Source of the DNA: Mytilus trossulus | Taxonomy: Eukaryota | NCBI RefSeq assembly: GCF_036588685.1 | Contig: NC_086381.1 | Location: 64,976,001 to 65,040,000, forward strand | Length of the DNA stretch: 64,000 nucleotides | Direction: 5' to 3' | Shown here: piece by piece, positions 53,831 to 64,000 of the stretch | Layout: every line of letters starts with the position of its first letter | How positions within the stretch are numbered: position 1 is the first letter of the stretch | Translations under genes and position numbers: made by a program | Notes under the pieces: model-generated | The model's input: the letters and a program-made list of their open reading frames with translations, nothing else | Database searches by the model: none | What the model was told of the DNA's origin: nothing

Positions 53831-54409
53831 GCAAAATTTGTGCATTAGGTACGAGCATAATTTTCTATTGTTTCATTTAAGTACAAAACCAAAAAAATGT
53901 TAGAAAATGTGGTAATTTTTTTTTTATCTTACTGCAGTTCAGTTAGTACGACGGCTTTGTGAAAAATTGTGATACTTTAATATATAAAATAATACTAAAC
54001 ACACATTCTTTATTTTGAAATATTTGCACTGCCTTGTATAAATTTAAAAAAAGAGGGATAAGGAAGATGAAATTTGTGTATGTGAAACAGTATTTTTTCA
54101 ATATATAGAACACAGTTGGTAATTTCTGGTCAGTCGTCTTCTATATTATGGTCATCAGGCAAATACATATTATTACGTGTTTTGACGTATAAGCTGTTAT
54201 GTCTTACATGACCTGGCTACTTAGGTAATTATATTATCCATGATTATAAGTTTAAAACAAAGTCATTGTTGTTTGTGATCTCGGAAATCACAAACGTGTG
54301 TTGCAATGACAAGAGAAAATAATAACATAATAATACAAACTAGATGATTCAAATTTAATCTTTTTATTACACGACGCATCCGAAAACTTTTCCACTGTAG
54401 TATACACTT

Positions 54410-57400
54410 TTATGGACAGGTTTTCTGAAAAATAACATTGTTTAGAAAAATGTATATTAGCTCATATAATCAAATTACTTTTAAAAGCAAATAAAACACT
54501 TTGTATATAAAGGCAATTTATATTTGATTTTAATAAAATGCTTTGACAACATAACTAAACCAAAATGTAATGGTACAACAAAAGATGTTAAAATAAACAG
54601 AAATCATTCGAAACTACATTATCCTTGATCCACTTGACGGGTGTCACATGATAAACACGATTTGCTTACCCTACATGAACACATGTTATCATCACTAGTT
54701 TTTGGTAGAGTTTATATTGCTCAGTTTTTAAATATTTTGTAGACTTTTATTGTTTTCTTTGTTGTTTTAGTTCACCATGTGTCGGTCGTATGTTTTCTGT
54801 CGTATGCCGTCTGTTTTGTGTCTTTTGTCGTCATCATATGTTGTCTGTCGTATGCCATCTGTTGTGTGTCTTTTGTCGTCATCATATGTTGTTTGTCGTA
54901 TGCCGTCTGTTTTGTGTCTTTTGTCGTCGTCATATATTGTTGTCTTTGACAATTATGTTCTCATAAACTACTAGGCCAAGTTTAATAAAACTTTAATAGA
55001 ATCATCATTCTGGGAATTTAGTTTAAAATATTTGTCTGATACATTAGTCTAGCAAACAACATGGTAGATAAGGCTAAGACAATAACACTCAAAACCCAGG
55101 AGTAAACAAAGACTAAAAAAAAAAGGACATTAATATTTACATCTACAGTTATAAATAAGAAATAACACAAACTCCACTAAAAACCGGAAGTGAAATCATA
55201 TGCTCCGGAAGGGTAAGCATTTCCTTCTAAATATTGAGCATAGTGATTAAATGCAAGTTTGGTCTTTTATCTAAAAAAACATTAGAGAAAATTTATCTGG
55301 CCAAAAAGTGCCTCCAGTCAGTTTAGACCAAACTGGCATATTTTGTTAAAAGAACAATTGCCCTTACGAGACCATGCCAATAAGTCGGAGCTTAAGACGC
55401 TACAAATCTTGCATGTCTTCAGTGTCCAAAAATTTTGATTAAGTTTGAAATTTTCTCAAATAATTTAGTATGCATATGTGCAAAAGAGAGCACAATTCTT
55501 CTCAGTCATGTTTTTACATATTTCATCAAATGAGCCAAAAGAAAGTATCAAAAGGTGTATAAGACACATTTGCAAAAGTGTAACTTGGAAATTATCTGCC
55601 GTTACAAATTATTTTGCCATTTTAGAAGGGCGTTCCGATTTTGAATATATATTGGAGTTCGGAAATTTTGTTATTTAACTTTTTGTTTTTTTAGGGCCTA
55701 AAATTTATGAATGCCTATACAATTATTTTGACCAGTATTATTTCTACCAACTAAATGAGAAAATGCTTCAAAAGTGTGATTTTTTTTATAGATATATGAA
55801 TATTTCTTTTGTGAATAAAAATTATACTTTAATGACTTCAAAGGTCAAAGATATATTCAAACTCAGTAACCGAGGACAGAATATCTAGGCCCTGACAATA
55901 AAAAAAGAACCAAAGTGAAACGACAAACAACAGTCTACAAAATACAAGGACAACTAAAGGCTTCGTTTCAATGAAAGCCACCCAAACGGATGGCGAGCTC
56001 AGGTGCTCCAAAAGTGCCCCCTTTGTGCTTCTTTTGTTAGTAAAAAATCGATGATGAGTCTCATTCTTAAAAAACGATTTTCGTTTAACAAAAAAAATAA
56101 AATTATTTTAATCATTAGAGAAACAGATTTTTACATAGTTACTCGTGGATTATCGGATTTATCCGATCTTGATATTTAAATTATAAATTTTAAAGTCCTC
56201 GCCCAGGCTCGGACTTTAACATTGATAATTTAAAACTATCTCGATTGAATAAATCCGATAATCCACTGGTTTCAATGTATGAATCTATATTTATCATATA
56301 ATTTCAAAAATAATGTTCCTACTTACCCTAGGAAATTCGCATATATATTGATATTCGTTCTTACAGGGCTCATCATTCCAAAAAATTGGTTCTCCGGGTT
56401 GAATACCAATACAGTCATTGTTTTCAAAAGTAACAGCTGAAAAAAAAGAAATAGAGGTAGTTTTGATAGACTAAGCCGTTGTCAAATATATACCCAATAG
56501 CTTCTGTAGATAAGCAAGAAATCGGTTAAAATTCATCCTTCATATATTATTACATTTCAAATGACTAGATTTAAATGGTGGAGGATGTATGTATAGAAAA
56601 AGACGCATACATTTTTGAAACATACGGTATTACTCCTTGTTATGTTCCTGTAATTTCCTTTGGTTTTGTTTAACCTTCGTTTGTATTCCTTATCGATTTA
56701 TGATATCAGAACATCGGTAATGTACTGTTGCATTTTTTTGTGGTATCAGTATCGTTGTATAGTCCTTCGACTGATATCAAGTTTGCTGTACTGTTGTTTA
56801 ATGTATTTTCTCTCGCGTACTCCTTTTAAATGGAAGTGATGAATGTTATTTATTAAAACCAGTTTAATTCGAAATTTTGCAACCTCGGGACAATTTAATA
56901 AAATTGAGAATGGAAATGGGGAAAGTGTCAAAGAGACAACAACCCCACCATAGAAAAAATAACAGCAGAAGGTCACCAACAGGTCTGCAATGTAACGAGA
57001 AATTCCCGCACCAGGAGGCGTCTTTCAGCTTGCCCCTAAACACATATATACTAGCTATAGTTCAGTGATAATGAAAGTATAACGAGTATTTTGACCTCGT
57101 TGTGTTTTTTGTGTTGTTGGTTTACTGTTACCCGTATATCTCACATCAATTTTATCCATAGATATCAATCTCTGAAATCAAATGTCTTCTGTTGTTTTCA
57201 TTTATATCGAAGTATCTTTTGATTACACATACATGACATTATTATTATAAACAGTACATTTTAATCAATATGTTGTTTTACTTACTGTTACCGAAGGGAA
57301 CATTCGTATAGTCAAAAACACCATTTTCTACAGCAAATACATAATTTCCGTCACTGCCAGGACTATATGCACCAGTCCATAGGGTAGTCGCTAAAACGAA

Positions 57401-60400
57401 TAGACTGATAATTAGTTTCATAGGACTTGTAAGTAGATTCTTAATCCCAGTCAGTTAGCAAATACTTTCTGAGACTTGCCAAAAACTGATCCCAGAGTAT
57501 TAGATGAAAGACAACTGAAACGTACATAAACATACGTTTTACTGTCCTCACAAGCTGACCTGTATGATAGTTCTGTATCTGAACTCACTAGCCACATGCT
57601 TTCGGGTTCTCAGATTATTTAATACTGTTAAATACTTTTCATCTGTGTCACTAGCAACAATTTCTGAATTTTCAGACGCTTGATCAAATACGGTTATCCC
57701 TTAAATTATGATTTTGTCTAAGTATAAATATGTATTGTATATGCATTTGAATATTTCCAATTAGCCTTTCTTTTATTTGCCGCATAGTCAATTCCTCTTT
57801 TCCATATATCATTGCTGTATCTGATAAAAGTAATCAATGTAAAATGGCTTCTTTTCAAATAATTAGCTATGTGTAAAATGGTTTTAAATGTTATATTAGC
57901 GCCGTTAATTTGAGTAACTAATGAAAATAATCCTTATATGTAAGTAGAAATTTTAGAATTTTAAATTAAACTCATAAGAATCTCTAGAATTGAGAGATGA
58001 AATGTTTTAGGATTCTTAATTCATTATTGAAGACTTTCAATAACAATGATACTGTTTGTTTTGTGTTGTTCCTTGTCGTTTTTCTTAATTGGCTTAAAGT
58101 GTGGTGATTTAGAACGGGAGTGCTTAATATGATGGTATCTCTTCTTGTTATCATATCCATTTTTATCTAAATATTGGAAACTTCACAAACAAGTCTTATG
58201 GATTCTACGCATATTGTTGTTATGTACCGGATATTGTAGAATTTTAAGAGCATCCTCAATATTACATTATTTTAGACTTGAGTAATTTTCTGGGAAGATT
58301 CACAAAGACGGTACATATTTTGTGTGACACTCTTCTACTAGCTTTTAACTAAGATTCCAGAAACTTCATTAATAGATTGTAACATGTTGTTCTTGGCAAG
58401 CTATGCATAATTTATTTGTGACCTAAGCTTGTTAAATCCAATCCTTATCTGTTGTTTGAGCACATTTCTCCCACTTTTTGAGATGAACAACCATCAAGTC
58501 GGAATTACTTGATATTTTAATATATAAGATGGCAGTAAAATCAAGAATTACAAATATATTTGTGTAAAAACATGTCGTTCAACTGATTGATGTTAAAATG
58601 GAGTATTTAATTTTATAATTTCTTAAAAACTAGTCAACGATATGCTTCGTCCAAAAATAGACGCTGCATGTTGCTATTATTTATAATGATAAAAAAGAAT
58701 ATCTATTTACTTAACAAAAACTTACAGCATAGAAACTTTTCAAAGACAGCCTTAGCTTCTGCTTCAGTATTTGGTCTCCATAGATAAGCTCCTTGGGTCA
58801 TGGTGCATGTCGACTAAAATTTAAGAACAGTTTGCACATTTAAATAAAGATAACAAAACACATAATACATGTTTGTTTGAGTTTACACCGGAAAAACATA
58901 ATACAAATAACGTAGCTTTTAATTTATTGGTACTGCAATTAAGTACTGTAAACCAACTTATTTTCATGGATATTTTTTTGCGCGAATTGCCCTTTCTAGC
59001 CAAATTCATGGCGATTCAATATCCCTATTTCTACTTTTACTTTGTATAATTAGACAAAGAAATATTCAAATAAACTCATCATAAATACCAGGACTAAAAC
59101 TTGTAGATACGCCAGACGCGCGTTTCGTCTACAGCAGACGCATCAGTGACGCTCGAATACAAAAAAAATAAAAAGGCCAAAAAACTACGAAGTTCAAGAG
59201 CTTTGGGGATCACAATTCCTAAAAGTGTTCTCTGCCTGAGTTTCAAGTCAAATATCAAGTTTACGCGAATCTATATTCGCGTTATTTTTCTTCTCGCGAA
59301 AATAGTTTTACTTGCGATTTTTGTCAGGTTATTTTAACTCTGGGTTTCATTATTTTCGGGGCTTCTAAATTCTGCAGCTTTGGGAACAACTATGTTTTTG
59401 TGGATTTTTGATCTCATGGTTTTGACAAAGCCTGCTTACAAGCCTAAGTGAATGTTTAGTTTGTTGAGCATTTAAATTCGAGCTTCTGATATACCCATGA
59501 AATCCCAAGAATAATAAAGAGTCATATATTTTAACATTGAAATGATAATGCATAAACTATTGGTTAATATTCGATGTATTCAATATGAATGTTTCTTTAT
59601 CGAAAGAGCTGATATACAGGGATTAGGTTTTCATGTATTTACATCGATATTAGTTGATACTCGAATTATGTTTTATAATTCGATCATGACAGATAAGTTT
59701 CTTAACGGTAATTATTTTCCTGATACTGACTAAGTATTCACCTTACAAAGATACCTGAATTAAAAAAATATATATATCATGTTTATGAGCGATTTAAAAA
59801 AAATATAAGGCAAACTTGCAGTATATGTTATCTCGAGGGGGTTATAGATGAAAAAGGCACATACGTGTTTCGCATTATTTATTTAAATTTTCAAATTCAT
59901 AGAAAACACAAACATTAGTAAACATGAAAAAGATAGATCCTTTTGCACATTCTCTCAGAAATGTTTGCTTTTATATTTCATTACATATCAACCATTCAAA
60001 TCAAAAGTACATTAAATCTGATACAACATAAAACATACTTACCAAGGCATTGGCCCATTCTGCGTCCTGTGTACTGTGAAAGTAGCAATTAGGACTTATG
60101 GTTTGGTCATCTAACAGCATGTATCCTTCAGGACAATTTGTGGGAACACATGGTGCTATTTATATGACACAATAAGAATTAAATGTTAAAAAATATCAAC
60201 AACATTAAAAGGGACGAAAGATACCAGAGGGACAGTCAAACTCATAAATCGATGAGCTAAAAATGAAAAAGACAAACAGACAAACAATAAAGTAAACATG
60301 ACATAACATAGAAAACTAAAGAATAAGAAACACGAACCCCGTTTAAAACTAGGGGTGATCTCATGTGCTCCGGAAAGGTATACAGATCCTGCCCAGCATG

Positions 60401-62624
60401 TGGCACCCGTCGTGATGCTCATGTTACAGCAGATCCGGAAAATAGTATAATTCAGTAGATCGCATTCATGAAGGGAAGGGGATTGTAGTTACGACATAAA
60501 CTGATAATATCAACAAATAGTAATGGGTTAAATGTACAAAATTGACAGGATGAATATGCAATGTATCATTGTCACAAAGAAGACTACTATTTCGTTGAAT
60601 GAAACCCATGGTATTTCGACGACATACACACAGTGACAAACATGTATAAACCGTTTTACTGTATAGGGTTAGCTGTATATAACTAGATATGGCAAAACCG
60701 AATTCGTTAATGAAAAATATTAATGCATTCTGTCTAAAATAGTATACCAAAGAAGATAAACGTATTATTAAATAGAATGACCAATATACAGCTGCATTCT
60801 CTCAAAATAATATGATTATTGTTATTAGGGGAGTAATATGCATACATTATATGTATAAGCGTTATCGATATATATTAAGTAAAATGAATATAACCAGACT
60901 TAACAAATACAAATGATATGATTTAAGTTTAAATATCTAAGTTGTTATAAACGAACAAGCAGTAAATAAATTAAGGTGTGTTAATTAAATACATTCGACT
61001 GAACACGGCTGCATTTCGACGCTTCCTGAACAATATCGTAATTAATTTTTTTTCTATAAACTCTTTAAATTTAAGTTTTGATTTCCAGCCATGTTCGTGA
61101 TATGACTTTTGAATAATTTTATTCGGGAATGGTCAGCTGTTTATTAAACGATACTTACTTGGTAGTACAGCTGTTTGTGTCGTTGGAACAATATTCGGAA
61201 CAGTAACCTGAATATTTGTTGGCGTTATACTTGTTGTTCTACTATTAGCAGTACTCATCATTGTCATCATCGCCATTGCTACAATCGGTAAAACCAGTGT
61301 TAACAGAGGAATAGGAAACAACTGCAGAAATGATCCTGTGCCACGTCCAGGACCATCCACTGTAAAACAAATTAAATTATGATTTAATGTAACACAAAGA
61401 CGTGGTGATGACCATTTCACTACTCTACTGATGATAGAAAATAAAGGTCCTCGTTAAAAAAGATACGTATATATACATAATGTACACGGAGGCTAAATGT
61501 TATAATTAGAACAAACATGTTTTATAATTATACGAAGTAACTCAGTCACGACTTACAGCCTTTTCTGCGGGTAAGGAAGGGTCTGACTTTTTTTTTAATT
61601 TCAAGTGATTTCCGTAGATTTCACTAGGGTAACATATATTTTCCCAAAAAAATCACGAAAAAAATACTCTAAATTAAGATTTCAGATCCGCGCCGTATTG
61701 ATACGGTTCAAATAGTTCTGTCTTTAGTTTTCTTTGCTGTCAAATGGTCTTTTACAAACAAAAGATTGAATATTCCCCCTTGATATCTTTCGCCTCTCTT
61801 TTAACTTTGAAAGACAACAGTTGATCGACAAATATTTAGTTTCGTATGCGTTGACTTCGACATAACTCATACAAATTATTATTGTTTTTAGGGTCAATGC
61901 CATTGTAATATTATCCGGATACTGAACAGCTGACATTTCTTAACAACCAGGTGTTGATTGGTTCATGCACAAGGCATATTATTAATGCATGAAATTCGCA
62001 AAATATTGAAAAGTAAATTGCAAATCAGAAATCCAAATTATAACATGTTTTTAGCGAACACATATATTTTGCTATATGAAAGTCTTATTTTTAAAGTTTG
62101 ATTTTAGCAAATTCTGATAGATTTGAAAAAAACATAAAAAGTATTCAATTTTGAAACGAAAAAAATATTTGTGTCACCCTACATTTGTTGATTGATTAAT
62201 TCTTGTTAGTTTAAAATGAGATATTGGAAAGTTTAAATGCATCAACTGCGGTAAAGAAAATGTACATATTTGTCAGTCACGATATTATGCACATATGTGT
62301 CAGTCACGATATTATGTACAAATGTGTCAGTCACGATATTATGTACAAATGTGTCAGTCACGATATTATGTACATATGTGACAGTCACGATATTATCTAC
62401 ATATGTGTCAGTCACGATACTATGTACATATTATCATATTTACATAACTCTTTATTCTGAAACTTAGGAATAACTTACTTCTTTTCACAAATGTTTAGAT
62501 TTTTTTCAAAGTAATTCTATTTTAAATGTTTTCAGTGAAGACAAAAGAAAAACATATGTATACACATATGTTTTAGTCCGCACTTAAAAAAACTCCTCTC
62601 CCTGTAATAAATAGTAATTACCAT
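54410..62624 (-). CDS. type II membrane C-type lectin (TM anchor, Thr-rich stalk, single CTLD), ~226-232 aa
   Basis: Confident exons: 61359-61159 (TM + stalk), 60155-60043 (CPEGY...CYF...W.NA), 58813-58726 (TC...AYLW), 57390-57286 (LWTGA...YVF), 56436-56327 (DC...WNDEPC...YICEFPR) and 54424-54410 (KTCP*); all GT-AG with matching phases, AATAAA at ~54363. The 5' exons (62624-62622, 62516-62479, 61564/61582-61557) are tentative. Confidence 0.88.
54780..54945. repeat. 48-bp minisatellite, ~3.3 copies (last intron of the lectin gene)
   Basis: TGTCGTATGCCGTCTGTTTTGTGTCTTTTGTCGTCATCATATGTTGTC units. Confidence 0.9.
56125..56286. repeat. long imperfect palindrome/hairpin (Crypton-like terminus remnant)
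   Basis: GTGGATTATCGGATTTAT ... ATAAATCCGATAATCCAC arms around TTTAAAGTCC-TCGCCCAGGCTC-GGACTTTAA. Confidence 0.7.
59109..59152 (-). ncRNA. minimal hammerhead ribozyme with a single core substitution (A9C)
   Basis: GCGTCA-CTGATGC-GTCT gctgt AGAC-GAAA-CGCGCG-TC^-TGGCGT; the core reads CUGAUGC instead of CUGAUGA. Confidence 0.7.
60205..60500 (-). repeat. dispersed repeat family C (Penelope-like 3' region)
   Basis: GGTGATCTCATGTGCTCCGGAAAGG..AGATCCTG also occurs at 25160-25445, ~55190 and 55830-56060, and reversed at 30175-30300 and 53400-53830. Confidence 0.7.
62265..62435. repeat. 27-bp minisatellite, ~6 copies
   Basis: GTCAGTCACGATATTATGTACATATGT units; explains ORFs 62224-62460 and 62270-62467. 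Confidence 0.92.
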
Positions 62625-62654
62625 TCGACTGCTGGTAATACAATATTCAAAATT

Positions 62655-62985
62655 CAGAATGGAAATGGTGAATGTGTCAAAGAGACAACAACCCGACCAT
62701 AGAAAAACAATAGCAGAAGGTCACTAACATGTCTTCAATGTAGCGAGAAATTCTCGCACCCGGAGGCGTCCTTCAGCTGGCCCCTAAACACATGTGTACT
62801 AGTTCAGTGATAACGAACGCCATACTAATTTCCAAATTGTACACAAGAAACTAAAATTAAAAAAATACAAGACTAACAAAGGCCAGAGGCTTCTGACTTG
62901 GGACAGGCGCAAAAATGCAGCGGAGTTTAACATGTTTATGAGATCTCAACCCTCCTTCTATACCTCTAGCCAATGTAGAAATTCA
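62655..62985 (+). repeat. dispersed repeat family B copy
   Basis: Best-preserved copy; matches 17945-18338 and 56903-57075. Confidence 0.8.
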
Positions 62986-63228
62986 AAAGTAAATTAACAT
63001 ACACTATTAAATATTGACATCAACACTAAACACTTCAGCTGACCAATATGTGAAGTTGTGACAAAAGTGACCATTAACGAGTTAATTGACTACTTGTTAA
63101 AATATATTGCAAGGTAAAACTATGTACATTCTAAGTTATATTTTGTAGAAATCAACAATACAACATATCTAGTATTCCATCGAATAAAGTCTCTGCTACT
63201 TAAACAAGATAAAGACGTTCTATAATTA

Positions 63229-63660
63229 CACATCAATTTGTGCATTGGTACTGTTTCTGTACTTAAAATCTGTAGATCTGAAAATGTACTTTTAATATTT
63301 AGACAGTACTATTTCTTTACTTAAGAATTATTGTAATATTTAGACACTAAAATAGAGTACTTGATTTGGACTTAAAATATTGGTATACAAATACTACCAA
63401 CAACGATCACAGTTTTCCATGTTTGAACATCATAATTTTATGAGATTTGAAAAAGACAAACTGTCAAAATGCTGAAAATATTACTGTGCAATCAAAAATC
63501 TGAAGTACTTAAATTTCAAGTACAAATAAAGTCCTGTAAAATACAGGTACCTAAATATTACAGTAATTTTAAAATCACAAAATAGTACTGAATATCAAAA
63601 GTAGATTTCCAGTACTACATATTTTGTACAGAAATAGTACCTATGCAAAACTAGCTGTGT
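63229..63660. mobile_element. degenerate inverted-repeat (foldback/MITE) element
   Basis: TGCATTGGTACTGTTTCTGTAC ... GTACAGAAATAGTACCTATGCA, with imperfect complementarity continuing for over 100 bp inward. Confidence 0.65.
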
Positions 63661-64000
63661 TAATACTGCATCATAGTTAAAACACAGTAGTCGAAATAAA
63701 AGTACATCAGTCCATAGCTTTTCACTACCATAAACAAGTCTATCGTGCATTTCACTTTGTAAAACAAATGACACAATTCAGGTTTGCTTCTATCTATTAA
63801 TGTTTATACAACCAACCAAAATACAACCTCAAAACAGGACAAGACATAACATACATGTTTAACTAAGCCATTTATCAGTAAGTCACTTTCGGTCAAAATC
63901 AAAAGAAAGATGACAAGGACAACTCTTAATTAAACAGGCATAACGTTTATACATAAAATGCATTTAAAACAATTAAAATGTAAAGGACAAGTGTGAAATA

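Noticed and set aside
54767-54974. Repetitive-peptide ORFs (also 62224-62467, 680-883, 2994-3242)
   Set aside because: They arise from minisatellite or low-complexity DNA; the 54767 and 62224 sets lie in lectin introns.

Overview
AT-rich, intron-containing animal genomic DNA. The repeat families and gene types point to a bivalve mollusc, most likely a Mytilus-type mussel; this rests on my recognition and was not database-checked. Four multi-exon genes were assembled by hand from GT-AG sites and phase continuity. (1) An orphan 132-aa tail-anchored membrane protein (+, 10039-12074). (2) A secreted protein carrying the 'short-chain collagen C4-like' C-terminal domain (-, 18619-21619); one splice donor is deleted and a decayed partial tandem duplicate lies downstream. 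(3) A 140-aa prepro-protein in which a signal peptide and a pro-region ending in RF-G-KR are spliced to a divergent dynein light chain LC8-type domain (-, 40952-49289); this is the most unusual feature. (4) A type II membrane C-type lectin (-, 54410-~62624). An SRCR-domain pseudogene lies at 25589-29659 (+). The rest is mostly mobile DNA: a 2.8-kb Transib/RAG-like TIR element with an exact RSS heptamer and 5-bp TSD, Penelope-like RT remnants and repeats carrying minimal hammerhead ribozymes (one intact), a decayed LINE, foldback/MITE elements, Helentron-associated elements, long hairpins and minisatellites. No tRNA, rRNA or CRISPR array was seen. All gene models are unverified by transcript data.
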